Part shown: piece after piece, positions 1 to 13,264 of the stretch | How the letters are laid out: each line of letters begins with the position of its first letter | Position numbering within the stretch: position 1 is the first letter of the stretch | Origin: Stylophora pistillata | Lineage: Eukaryota | Length of the DNA: 64,000 bases | Assembly: GCF_002571385.2 (NCBI RefSeq) | Contig: NW_019218332.1 | Location: 22,129-86,128 of the forward strand | Reading direction: 5' to 3' | Notes under the pieces: model-generated | Database searches by the model: none | Told to the model about the DNA's origin: nothing | The model's input: the letters and a program-made list of their open reading frames with translations, nothing else | Made by a program: the position numbers and the translations under genes

Positions 1-1232
1 AAAAGCCTGCAATCTGATTGGTTCTGAATGCGGTCTGTATTTCCTATCTCTGCCCATGGGCACGATAACCCTTTCGTGAGACGACGAGAACATTCCTAAC
101 TTCGTTGCCAATTTTCGTTTTGCCGGCTGAGCAGTTACTGTATTTTTAAGCAAAGAAATTTAAGTAAATCAAGTCCATAAATAACTTATCAATCCTCTCT
201 TCCCCTCCCCCTCCCCCTCTCTCTCTCTCTTGACCTTTCAAATCACTTTGGCTGCCAACGAAATATTGATTCCGAAATGAGTTTGTGGTAGCAAATGTGT
301 CATTAAATGGTTGACGCGCAGCCTAAAAAACCTTTTGTTATTTATTCTAATCCTTCACAAAAGTAACTGAATAAGTTAAATCGTGAGGTATTTGTTTACA
401 ATGGAACCTTCATTTATTTAATATCTGAATTCTCTCCAACAACGTTTTCGTTGTAAAATTTAAGCGACGAGCGCAGTTTTCAGGTCTGCTACAAATACAC
501 TTTCGGCAGGTCTTCGCAAGTCCGTTCAATCTGGACATGTGCAGCACAAATTGCACAGCGGAAATCGAGGGAATTCAATGAAAAAGATAAAAAAACCACA
601 CTAAATCCTCTTGGGTGTAGTGGAGGTGTCTTTTTTTCTGAAGCTTTTTAGTTAAAGAAAGACAAGATTTACACACGCCATTGCAGGAAATAAACGAGCA
701 AACTCTCACAACTTCAAAAAATACGTTTGAATTTACTTACAGTTACTTTCCTTGCCAATTACTGACAGAGGTAAATCTTGGCACATTAATCTTCGATGGA
801 AGTGAAAAATACTTTCCGTACAATCACTGACTGTTGGTGACAAATAAAATTGTCATGACAATCATTGGACTTAAGTTTGTTTGCCAAACCAGTAACGTTG
901 TACTTCGCTTCTTTTTCTTACGTGCTCTCTAACTGACAGGTGACAAGTTCGTTTGGAAGTCTTTTAAATCACCTTTATTATTACGCAAATAAAAATGTTT
1001 TGGTGAATGGGANNNNNNNNNNNNNNNNNNNNNNNACAAAAAATGTAGAAAACTACTTAAAATACTTTCTTCAGGGAGTAGTTGCATTAACTGCATTTCT
1101 TAGGCTAGACTACGCTACAATTTTTAGAGACCTTAGAGACTTAGGCAAAAATTAATCAAGAGCAAAGAAAGGAGATCACAAGTTAAAATGAGCCAATAGA
1201 AAATATCTGGAAAGTCATTTCTTTACTCTCAC

Positions 1233-2622
1233 CCGCTGTTCATGAGAAAGATGAATACTGTGGCGCTTAAACCATAACGTTCTTACAACATTGAAGTATA
1301 ACTCAACCATGAAAATCAGAGGAACGACAACCACGAACAACCAGGCCATACTGTAAGCCTTTGGCATCCACTCCTGTGGCCAATTCCATATGCAGAACTG
1401 CTTTTTGTTGTCGAAGGTTGCAATGAGAAACATGGGAATATTGAATGCTACTGGGAAGATCCAAGAAACCAGGACGATCACCTTAAAAACAGTTCAACCT
1501 ATTTGAGCAAGATTCTGGGCCCAGATGTTCGAAGGCGGATTAGCGTTAACCCAGGGTTAAATTTTAATCCGAATTTCTTACTTCCTATGTTCAAAGACTT
1601 TTTTGGGACAGTTTCCTCTACCCTTTCAAGAGCATACAGTCATCAAATTGTAGACAAAAAGAATCGTACTGAATTTTTCTTTAAAAGCTTATAGATCTGA
1701 AACCAGATTTCACACTAACCCTGGGTTATCTTGACCAAGCTTTGAATAACCCGGCCCAGATCATTTCGTGAGGAGGAACGACTAATAAAATGCAATCAAC
1801 CATTTTATACCATACAACAATGAATAAATACATTCAATTCCGTTTTGATAATTGATTTTTAAGCCAGTATATACTATTTATAGACCATCCAAGTCCGGAC
1901 ACCGATACGATTCTTCGCCTAGGTGGCGATTACACACAATTAAACCACATTTATTGAAACGTTTGCAATATCATTTACCTTTACACACCTTTAACTTACG
2001 CTTCGTTAAATTCCCTCTGTTACTAAAGGGATACATCACTGCGTAATATCGTTCAACAGCAATTGCGACCAGACTGAATATCGAGGAAATCGCTCCAATC
2101 CACGCAACATTGCCGCCTGTCACAAATTTGCATAGACCTGTAGCAATCATGCCTTTTGGGTGAAAGGAAGTTAGTCTGAGAAGAACTGAAGGGGCGATAA
2201 ACATGGCGAATAGTATGTCTGCGATTGCCAAGTTCACGAGTAGATGATTTACGATATTCCTGTACAAATGATAACGCAAAAGTTAATAGCATCAACGGTA
2301 CCCTTTGTAATTCTGCGAACGTTTAGATTCTAATATTTCCGTTCGCACTGAAAAAACCTAGATATCTATCTATGGGTAGTAGTTAATTTTTTGTCTTGTC
2401 GGCCATATCAACAAACTGATGCCTTACCCTTAGAAAGTCATTGTTCATCGCGTGCAATATTATCACATGTCATATATAGCTAACATCATAAATTGGTAAT
2501 CATAACAACCTCATGTCTCGGTTTCTCCTTATGATCCAGCACACAACAGAGTTTCCCGTGATGTCTACGATAATGAGTATGAAGAGTGCTGTGCTTATGA
2601 CAATGTTAGCTGATTCACTCAT
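1233..2622 (-). CDS. Class A GPCR, neuropeptide-receptor-like, paralogue 1 (exons 1-3; exon 4 with TM6-7 not in window)
   Basis: Exons 2622-2510 (MSESANIVISTALFILIIVDITGNSVVCWIIRRNRDMR), 2259-1989 (NHLLVNLAIADI...LCKFVTGGNVAW...AIAVERYYAV) and 1481-1233 (TM4-TM5). All introns are GT-AG, phases 2/0. A probable 5'UTR acceptor (ttttaaccag) lies just upstream of the ATG. Confidence 0.88.
1515..1759. mobile_element. MITE in intron 2 of paralogue 1
   Basis: Imperfect TIRs CTGGGCCCAGATGTTCGAAG / CTTTGAATAACCCGGCCCAG, with subterminal TAACCCAGGGTTA in inverted orientation. Confidence 0.75.
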
Positions 2623-4752
2623 GCCTGCAGGATACCTGGTTAAAAATAAAGGTTAAATAAAAAGACATTTAGCCATAAATATGCGAAAAGTATAAAAAAA
2701 TATCATGAGCGTATGCTAAATGCGTAACATCAAAACGAAAAAACATCCCCACACAGTCCTGCTGCAATTTCAGCTAACCAAAAGTACTTTTGTAACTCCA
2801 TGAAATGAAACTGAAATTTTATGGAAAGCAGTTTAAGGTAGTTTCACTAGTAACGCGGTGACTGAATTGTTATCCCACCCATAATCAAATGTTATGATGT
2901 CGTGTTGCATGGAGATGCACTCANNNNNNNNNNNNNCAGTTAATGTAGATATGTGAACAATGTGGATAAAACTCAGACAATAATATTGCCAGGCACGTAT
3001 GTACTAGACCGAACAACAATTCGGAGCATGGGTATTACCTAATTAAAATCTATGGCAACATACTATGATGTGACAATGAAAAGTTAAACACAGCTTCTTT
3101 TTAACACACAGGTAAGGTGTCGATTTTAGACGAGCACGCTTCACTAAATAGCATAACGTTTGTCTCGACAGCGAACTCACCGTAGAGTTTATAAACCATC
3201 AGCCAACCTTGAGGACTTATATTCATTATGAAGATCCAACAGAAATAAAGGAAAATATTTCCAGAGGCTAATATTTAATAGCTTGAAAGACAAAGAGCAA
3301 ACGTTCAGTTTGCATTATTGCTCGCCACTTGGGTAAACAAGGATGCCAATCTCACTCAATTTTACAATGCATCTTTTCTATTTCACCTGGCAAGGAATTA
3401 ATAATTTAAATATCCCTAGCACAGGCTTTTGTAATCTTTCTCGGCTAAAGCAAAGAGATTCCTTAGCTTCTGCGAATAAACGACGTTTTCACTCGGATGT
3501 AGATTTCGATTTACATTTAGAAAGAGGTTGCAATACCTTGCATCAGGGGAGTACATGTAGAAACATCTAAGGTAAACGGTCGTCCTGTTTCTTCAGTACA
3601 AGCAAGGTTATATGCAATAAACTAATTGAATAGTGTCTCCGCCTCAGGGTTAGCTGGAGGTTTCTAGCGAATAATTTCCATAATCAGGTATCATAACACA
3701 TTAGTGAAAACTGAAATACGATCCAACACTGCTGGTTATGCGTGATGCAGGCCTTTTCTTTGCTTTTCTTTCTCTATTAGTAACTCATTGCCCTGTCAAA
3801 TGATTAAATTATTCTGGTTTTAGTAGAAAGCATGCACAAGCAAATTATTATTGATATATAAAAAACTTTCTCCGAAGCTTTTCTTTTGGCTTCCCATGTT
3901 AGGACAGGTGTTTCAATTCACAAATACTGCAACTGACATGTTCCTTCGTGGGGTTCAATATTCTTCTTCTTGACATTTTCTGGTTTTTTAATAATTTCAA
4001 ACAAAAATTGTTTTCAAAAGCGCATGCAGTCGATGTTTTTCCTTTTCTTCCTTTTCTAGATGGCAAGAAAAGTCCAGATCTTCATTACTTACCTTCATTA
4101 ATTTCCTTCGCAGGTAAATCAGTAGTTATCCAGAGTTGTCAAAGCAGTATAACTGATATATTTTTGTTTTAAAATGACACATAAACTGAGCCTAATTGTA
4201 TTGGTGGTGTGCTATAAAAATGTTTAGTCACAGACCCAAATTGTGCCTTGTGGCGATCATGCCGAATACGATAGATGATTCTGTTAGTATAAATATGATG
4301 AACGAATATGCAGCAAAGTGGTATCCTCGAGTTGACAATGATAGAAATATGTTTTTTTTCTCTTTGCTCTTCTTCCCGTTTTTTTCTTAATTGATTTCAC
4401 TCCTGTCTCCTGTCTTCTCTCTCAACCCTGAATTGAAATCTCAAGGTTGTTAAAACTATTTCACTTTTTTATTGCTTCTCCTTCTTCTTTACTCTCATTT
4501 TAGGAAGGAAATGCAATCAAAGGAAATAAACCTCAATTTTTCCTCATTAGCTTTGTTGCCAGGAATGTTAGCAAGACTCCTTGACCATATACTGACGAGG
4601 AGAAACTTGTCAGTCAAGAAGAGACTAGTTGCTAAATTTTCTTGAAGTAGACGTTACTTGAAAGAAACAACTGTCGAAAGATTATTCAACGAACACTTTT
4701 GTCTCAGTGAGTTCACAAATTACCTGACAGTTCTCAACAAGTTTCAGCATCC

Positions 4753-4753
<1 letters not shown>

Positions 4754-4784
<31 letters not shown>

Positions 4785-5420
4785 TCATGGACGTGTGGTC
4801 GGCGTCTAAACTGGTCTCCCCCACTAGTGTACACTGGTGTGGTGGGTGGTATGTCACCCTGCAGGACTAAAAACAAAACCTGTTAAAGGGCGGATGAGCT
4901 TCTTACGAGCCAACGGCCAACATGCACAACTGGTATCAGCTGGTAACCAGACCAGCCAAGAGCTCTTCTTTGGCCATGAAATGTTGAGGTCAACCAGCTG
5001 CGATTCTACTGGTGGACAGCGCGTGCTCACCTACTGGGACCCGGTGTGTGAGCTGGTAGGATGGAGTGAGCTTTGGTGGGCCTGCACAACACACCTCTGC
5101 TATATGATTTGCAGTTTGTTTTGAAGCAACACTATCTCTCCTAAGTCCTACGGCGACAGGGATTGGCGACGGGGGCAGGCGAAGGGTGTCGCTGGAAGCC
5201 CTCAGTCAAGTACCTGCACGTTACCTCAGTGTGATGGCCGTTTTGTTGCAGATCATGGACAACTACAGCTTCGTGTCCTACTGTGGTGACGGAGCAGTCG
5301 TTTTTACGGGTAGCCTACTCCCCCCTCTCTGGGAAAGGGTCTAGAAAAAGTGACTTAAAAAAGCTTGTCCTTAAAAAGTAATAGCCTGCTGGTTCGCCGT
5401 GATCAGCTGGCCACCCATCT
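4754..5420 (+). mobile_element. (AAT)n microsatellite followed by a GC-rich block, possibly the 5'UTR of an RTE-type LINE
   Basis: (AAT)~10 at 4754-4784, then an abrupt shift to GC-rich sequence. Resemblance to RTE 5'UTRs is recalled, not tested. Confidence 0.35.
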
Positions 5421-5812
5421 AAATGCGGTAGAAGATATAGTTCAATTAATTTTACTCTTGGTACATGGAGCGGTTGCTATCAATGCCACAGGTGTCCAAA
5501 AGTTTGCCACTGTTATATTGGACTAGTGAGTCATCTCAGAGCTCACGACTGCAAAGGAGAATAAACATGACTGTTGTATGCTTCAAAACCTGGATCTGTC
5601 GGTCACGACAGCCAAACCAAAGAACAACAAACAACAAATATATAACAAGATAACATGCTTCGAGCCAACAGAGACGCTGCGCCAAAAGGATCGAAAAGGA
5701 TTCGCAGTCCGAACCTCGATAAATAATAGGAGAAGAAATGTGGCACACGGGGACGGACAACTTCGAGCGAAGGAAGACATATACTCAATAAAAAATCTAA
5801 AAAATGAAATAA

Positions 5813-5841
5813 AAACGTTTCGGTCCGAGACCTTCATCAGC
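5813..5841 (-). ncRNA. Minimal hammerhead-ribozyme-like motif
   Basis: Reverse strand CTGATGA-A-GGTC-TCG-GACC-GAAACGTT: CUGANGA core, perfect stem II, GAAA. Confidence 0.5.
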
Positions 5842-6881
5842 ATATATATATATAGACGAATCCTCATGTGAGTTAAATACATTCTAATGAGTTAAAAAAT
5901 GTCGAATTACTTGACGTTTTACTTGCAAGGAAACTATTGTTGTTGGGGTCATTTACCACTCGCTTGGCGAATTAACAAGAGGTATCAAGACTCAATACTT
6001 TTCTTCTTTTATTCTCTTCTCTTCTATTGTTGCTACTACCTTCTACTACCACAGCTATTTCTCTTCTTCTTCTAACTTCAGCGAGGAGTGCCTTCTCATT
6101 TAATGTAAAAATCACAGACATGTTTGGGTTAGCTGACCGTGGGAATTTCCAAAACAGGATATTCAGTGTGTGTAAAACTCAAACTAGTTATCCTAACCAT
6201 AACAAGCGATTAAAATGTCTAGCACGGTAAGAACTGAGCCAAGTTCAAGCACACACTAAAAATAAATGATCAAAACTATAGATTCATCAAAATAACAACG
6301 TAAACGCAGACGCAAAAAGGCGAGACTTAATAAAACAAAAGATAAACCTAAAAATACTCGAAATATCAATCCTTGAAAATGCTCTACAACACTATACAAT
6401 GTATCTCAGGACACTAAGTTTCTACAACACCACAACAACAATTCACTCAAACACGGTTAGTCCTGTTTCGAGCTATGTGTTATAGTCTATTAAATGAGCA
6501 GACAGTCTGCTATATAAATACATACAGATGTCGTTGAAGAAACAGCATAATCTGAAAACTTGGATGAAGAGGGGATTAAAAAGCTCCTAGTAGACTAAGT
6601 ATTCTTGAGATCGATACAATGAATATATGAGGTTCATACATTTTGAACTGCGGAATTAGATACGTATGATGCACGATACTCGCAGCAGAGAGCGCTATTT
6701 ATGCAGCTCTATTTATGCAGCGCTATTTATGCAGCGCTATTTATGAAGCATTCTTCATTAGGAGCCTACGCATGTCCCACAAAATATATTATGGAATAAC
6801 AACCTTACAGTTTCTCATCTCCCGTGATGATGTGGTTATTAAGATTAGAGGACTTCGTTACGATACTTGTCCCTTGTGTTT

Positions 6882-9383
6882 TTACTCGTTGGGGTTTTCC
6901 CATGTAGTGTGGGTTGGGTTAGTCGCGCTGTTGGTTCCGCCCAGCTTCTGGGGTTCCGTTTCAGCATGAATCCTGTTATTAGGGCGGCAGGAGCAACAGA
7001 TGGTGCCTTTAATCTTTTCCCTAAATCTCTGGTTAACCAGCGCGTATATGAAAGGATTGATGGCAGAATTGAACATAATCATTGTAGACGCAGTGGCATA
7101 TGTTACGTCGCCAAAGGAGTGACTGGGACTAAAATAACCCAGGAAGAAGGTGGTCGAGTCTGTTAGCCAACTGACTCCGAAAATAACACTGACAAGAATC
7201 ACCATCAAAGTCACTCGTTTGCGAACCTTCATCACTCCCTAAATGAAGAGGTCAGTCAAGTTCAGTCCTAACCAGTATTTCCAATGAGTAATCGCATTAG
7301 GATTGTAAAAAACCACTCTCGATTTTGGTTATGACGGACCCAAACACCTAGGAATTATGTTATTTGTACTTTCATAAATCATTTAAAGCGCACTTTAAAT
7401 AAAAGATAGGAATATGGGTTTCAACTCTGCATAGAGTGAATAATTGCAAGGTAACGTTGAGCTTCTTTAATGCATTCTGTTTCAGGAAAAATTAAAGAAG
7501 CCAAAAGAGAAACAGCAGTTCTTAATCATATTGATTTCTCCAACAAAACAATTTCTTCAAAGAAGTGTAAAAACTACTTCACCAACCTGTTGCATGTTGG
7601 TTTGTTCAGTAGAAGCATTTTGTTTGAACCACAAGGTGTACACCACTCTGGAGTATAATACAAGCATAATTGACACTGGGGAAACTCCAAGAACAAGCCA
7701 CCAAGTTATAGCAAAAGCTTTTCCCATCCATTCTGCAGGCCAGAACTGAGTGCAGAAATCCTGCTGTTTTTCAAAGTTCTTGACTAGAAACTCAGGGGTA
7801 TTCATGATCACTCCAAAAATCCATGAGCAAGGTATGAGCACCTGAATGAAAAACGTATAAAGTGGTTAAAGGGCCCTAGTCACCCTTAATGCATTGCGCG
7901 CGGAAGCAGTGAAATCGGCCATTTTCGATGCCATCGATATTCTGACATTTTTACTGTCGTTTTCAGATTGCATTGCATCGGTGCAACTAGCCTTCTTTGG
8001 AGTGAAAATTTATCATTGAGAGTTAGTTGAACTATTACGTAAGAAATTTGCAGGTAAATTTTTGGACGTGCAACGTCAGAATTCCCGTATGTAAACATAA
8101 ACATGGGCGTGGCTCAGTAGGGCCCTTTAATGTTTAACATTTACGTCCTTGTTCGAAAAAGTGTATAAATTTCGCTGGAGCTTCTAATAGCTAGGCTTGT
8201 CTTTATTACATTGTGTGCACGGGTGAATCGTGATGGACCTGGAATCAATTCGACCGGTCCTGGTCAAATAACGCTCCTTTGGACAAGGTCAACTGTTGTA
8301 GCTCGTTCGGGGCATTTGGCTGTTTGAAATGTTTTTATTTTCTTTGTCGAGTGATTTTGTCTTTTTTTTTTGGATAGAAATACAGATTGAAAAACATCTA
8401 AGTAAAACAGTTTTTTTCAAGTCTCAAAAAATCTCTAAAATGAGTACGAAGCTAAGCACCAAACCTTGATTTTTTTAGTCGTTAGTTTCCCTTTATTTCC
8501 GTGAAGATACATCACAGCATAGAAGCGTTCAATTGCGATGGCAACCAGAGTGAAAACAGAACAAGCTCCTCCGACCCATGCCAAGTTCCCTCCAGTTAGA
8601 AGTCTGCAGAAAACGTCACCGATGACCCCATCTGGGTGAGTGAAGGCGTGGATAAAAATATACTGCGGGATGAAAAACGTCGCCACAGTCATATCTGCTA
8701 CAGCAAGGTTTAGCAGAAGGTAGTTTACCGGAGTCCTGTTGAATACACGCGAGTGTTAGTGAAAATGTAGAGGGGTGTTTTGCGAGTCGAATTATTGTGA
8801 TTATTTGGACCTTTTCCTTCTGCAACGATCATTACATGAGTAGAACGTCTTTCATTTCATTTATGTCTAACACCTCTGCAAAGGTCCAATCATTGCACAT
8901 CTCTGATGAACGTAAACGCTACAAATCGAATGCTATAAATTTTACCGTTATTGTTAATTAAGGTTTGAATTTTGCTGATCATATAGAATTTTGTATTACA
9001 TCTTCATCATAAAGACTAGGAAAATCAATTCGTCCTTGCAAAGATAATCATCTAAACCTGTATATTCGTGTATACTAGGTATGGCAGGATATGTAAAGAC
9101 TCATATATAAGACACGATGATATCTACCAGAAGAGCTCGTGCTATCTTAAGTTCCTTTTGAAGTCTAGCTAATGCAAGATCATTTAAGGAGTGAAAAGGA
9201 CTTTAGTTTCTTTCATCAAGTTCGGAAGTTCGGAAGTTCGGAAGTCATTTAATACCTCATGTCTTTATTTTTCAGTATGACGGCGCAGACGAGAGAGTTT
9301 CCAGCAATATCCAGAAGTGCCAGCAAGGAATGAACAGCAGTTACAGCTATCTGTGCTGATTCAGAGTCCGTGTAAGTGGCCAT
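6882..9383 (-). CDS. Class A GPCR, neuropeptide (RFamide/galanin-type) receptor-like, paralogue 2, 336 aa
   Basis: Exons 9383-9256, 8735-8465, 7841-7587 and 7238-6882, GT-AG, spliced frame open. Motifs: GN (TM1), LAVAD (TM2), TM3 Cys, AIERF, ECL2 Cys (FCTQFW), SWLT, NSAINPFIY. Confidence 0.93.
7870..8126. mobile_element. MITE with TTAA target duplication (Kolobok-like termini) in intron 2 of paralogue 2
   Basis: TTAA-AGGGCCCTA...TAGGGCCCT-TTAA. Confidence 0.75.
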
Positions 9384-11366
9384 AGCGAGAGAAGCCTTTA
9401 CAATTTATACTCCCTGTACGGATGTAGATATACAGTTTCTGGCATTTAGATGATGGATACATAAACAAAAACCTTTGAGGGTATTGCGATCGTGCGCAAC
9501 AAAACTACATCAAAAAGATTCAAGCTATTAAAACGGGAACAAGGGAAATATTTCAAGTAGCCACCAAAAACAATCGATTTTTCTGAGCCAATCCATATCG
9601 GCACTACTTCAGAATCTTAATGCAAAGGAAACGAGTGAGAGAGAGGACAGTTTTTTTTTCCTGAGATACCTGTTTTTTCTGGTTTCTTTGTTTGCTTGTT
9701 TTCTATTTTTTCTTTTTTCTTTAGTTTGTTTTGTTTTGTTTTTCTCGATCTTTTAACAACAGCTTTCGACCCTACTATTTTTATTATGAGTCCTCAGGTG
9801 GCTTACAGGAAACTGAGTAAGTACATGGCAACATTGTCCTTTGCCTAAATATCTGTTTTCCAAAACTTTGCCTATGGAAAACCAAACCAGGAGTACCTTT
9901 TATTTGCTTTTTCTTACACTCATTCAAATCAACCAGGTGCGAAGTTTATTGAACAACCTTTTTGTTAATATACTATTCTTTTTCAAAATTAACTTTTTGT
10001 CCAGCGTTTATATTTGGTCAATATTCCACAAAATTTTTGTCGTATGGACTCCGCCAACGTTTGTGCACGAGCAATGTTTCTGTAGCCTCTTTAGGTCCTT
10101 TTAAGCCGAGTGAAATCCAGTTTTTGGATCATACAACAGTATGGTTTTATACTTTCATTCAGCTTGGTTAATCTTGGCATTAGTCTTGGATTTTCATCAC
10201 AAAAAATCTAAACATGAAAGTTGGAATTTTTGCCGATACGAAAGGTTTTTATCACTTTGATGATTACAATTAACATGACAAAGTAGAGCTGATCAGCCAA
10301 CAGCGTAAGGCGACGACTGCCATGATATTGAGAGAAGTGTCAGTGAAATAAAACATGTTCATTTCAACTCCTTAGTTCACAAAAAAATTGCAGTATAATT
10401 AATAACGACGTCTACACTAAGCCATTGTAAGATCTAAATAATTTTCAATGTTGAAGCACTTACCTTGGAATAAATGTATACGACGATCGCTACGATCTGT
10501 GTTGCTCTATTCGACAGGGTAACAACTAATAACAGCTAATCAGGATACGTATGTTTCCAAAGTGTATTAGCCTTCTGCACTTTCATTATTAGATGTTTTT
10601 ACAAATTTCATTAAAAAAAAGTAAACGAAAGGATACAGAGAGCAAATGTATTGCATTTGCTACATTATTACTCAAATAATCAAAGTTTGCTTTTCGATCT
10701 CACGTTCGACTTGTATATCCGTCAACTTATACTTTAAGTCGAATGGTAGTCCTTATGCGTCAACGAAAAAAAGATAATCCACATCCTGTAGAGATTGAGA
10801 TGGATTTTTCTCTGCCAAATCTATTGGTCAGGCACATCTTTTGCAAAAAAACTAGACAGAAGCTTTAAATTCTTAATACACCCACGGTCCTTATGGCATA
10901 TTTTTTCGAATCGTAGTTTCAGCTAGGGGGTTGATCATACTTACAACTTCGATAGTCGTTTATAATCGACTCACAAGCATGCCCTCCTTTGTTGCCTCTG
11001 CATGACGAGATGTTTTACCGAATAAATAAAGAAAAAGGAGTGAATTCAGGGTACTGTTCCTTTTCTCCCGCAGCATTTTCCAATTTTCTCTTCACCTAAG
11101 CCCTCCCAACCAATTTTCCATGAGTGCGTTGTAAAGTAAAAACAAAAATTATTTTGGTACTGTGTTTATTAAAGTAAATCCAGTTTTATAATCGTTTTGT
11201 TTATTTTATGTGTTTTTTTTACCTTGAGAATCGCGATTGAAGTTGACCGAGTAATATGCGGTTTTCATAAATTCGATACAGGGGGCCATATTTGAAGAGA
11301 GCACAGGGGGTAATGGAGACTTTGCCGAAGACAACTTCGTTTTTGAAACAAAGCATCAGCACAAGC

Positions 11367-12912
11367 CACAGGACGAAATCCCACGTTTCCGCATTTCGTA
11401 AATGTGACGGGAACATAGAGCTTCATATTTCCGCTACATTTACGTCTTGCGGAAACGTGTTGTACCAAGTCTTGGCGATTCTATCAAGTTTCCGTTATGT
11501 TTCCGACACGGAAATGCCAAGCAATGTTTCCTTCATATTTAAGCGTGGACGTTTCCGCTGCCGTTTGTTTCCGTTGTTTCTGCAAACGGATTCTTAATAT
11601 CCTTGTTGAATCTTTGTCATGACGGAAAACAAACCGATCATGATTTTGGGCATGATTTTTACTATTTTGACGAAATTTATAAGGCAGGAAACTCCACTTA
11701 GATATCGATGAACAACTATCGTGAGAAAGTTTGTATATGAATTAGTAACTTCGGCTTCGGATACGACGACTTGCAAAGTATTAAAATTGATTTTAAAACG
11801 TAGCATAAAATCGCCACTTTACTCTTCTCTATGTATATATTCTTGTTCCGTAAGCAAGCGCTAACACAGCGCTAGCGACTGCGCAGACTCTGTAATCAAT
11901 AAAGGCGCGTAAAGGGCGTTGATATTGATGGTTATTATATAGTTCCTGGATCAATATTGAAAGAACTACCAAAATATGTGAAATATTTGTGTCTGATCTC
12001 TCATCAGTGAATAACCGAGTAATTTGGTTGCTTCTTCGTAAACTCATTAAGTTTCTTTAAGAATTTTTGCGCGGTGAATTTGACGGACCTTTAACGTTAA
12101 CGCGCAGTTAGCTAGTAAGAATCCCCAAATGAGCGCACAGGTTCTTTGCCAGTTAGGCTGGGGAAATTAAAATATAGGCAATTCAGGCAATTTTGTCGCA
12201 GGACCTGGTTGAATAATTTGAGATAGCTTGGACAACTTGGCCAACTGAGTCATTTGAGGCGGTTGGCCATGGGTGTCTTAAGGGGACTGGATAACTGGAA
12301 CTTGTTGGGTCATTTGCACTGATTGGGTTATTTTGAGATTACTTGGTCATTCATGTTGGCCAATTGGGTCATTGGCCGCGCGTAACCTAGGGCAAACTTT
12401 ACGTAAATCCAATATGGCGGATTTCTCTGAGCCCACCGATGAAGAACTAATATCCTCGGTAAAAAAAGCACTTAAGAATAACAAATCGTCATTGCAACAG
12501 AGAATTGTGAATGGGAATAAATTTAGGGATCTATACATCACGTTTAATGGGCTAAACCATGTTGCTGAGCTAGTTATGAAGGAAAAAACTTTGGAGGGAT
12601 TCCAGAGAGACCGAAGTATTAAATTGGTTAACTATATCCAATGGTACAGCGTTGGATGATTCCAGCGAAATGTGCCATTGATCACTTGCTTTCTCCTCGA
12701 ATGAGCAACTGCACCTGTGCATGGTCGTCTTCGGTCTCCCTCTGACAACACGTAAAAAAGTGGTTCGGTTCTGTTGTTACCGCAGCAACGGAAACACGAG
12801 TAAACGTCGCCAAACCGGCAGCGGAAACACATGTTACCCGTCGTGTTTCCGCAACGGTTTCACAAATTTCTTTCGCGTTTCCGTTTACGGATTGTTGAAA
12901 TTTCGTCCTGTG
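11367..12912. mobile_element. Non-autonomous DNA transposon, CAC-ended (EnSpm/CACTA-like), ~1.55 kb
   Basis: 13-bp TIR CACAGGACGAAAT / ATTTCGTCCTGTG and many subterminal CGGAAAC/GTTTCCG motifs at both ends. No clear TSD. Confidence 0.65.
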
Positions 12913-13264
12913 CTAGCTACATCGTTGGTTTTTTTTTTTTGTTTTTTTTTTCTAGTTAAGACGTGCACGTGAATGGGAGACTAGTTTTCAGCTATCATAT
13001 TATTTTTCCGCATCATCGTCATTTAACCTTGTATATCTCCAGCTCTTGGTCTATGTCCTTGGACACGGAGTTGGTTTGGTGTTCATTGTAGGTTTATCCT
13101 AGAAGATTTTGAGGAAATCCATATGCCCTAACATATAATCTTTTCAAAATCTCAGATAATTTTACGGCTGATCCCAAGTAAATTTTCAATTGACAAGACT
13201 GCCCCGAGGAAGGCCTTTGATTAAATTTTCAATCTAACATAATTTTTTTCTTGTCAGATCCCCG

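Noticed and set aside
1-760. Possible further hairpin-family/Crypton-like element at window start (CTGATTGG at 14-21)
   Set aside because: No hairpin, boundary or convincing reading frame is visible in the window.
1-1232. Exon 4 of paralogue 1
   Set aside because: No RVRKRVT or NPFIY-encoding sequence was found. It presumably lies left of the window, so the gene is not called a pseudogene.
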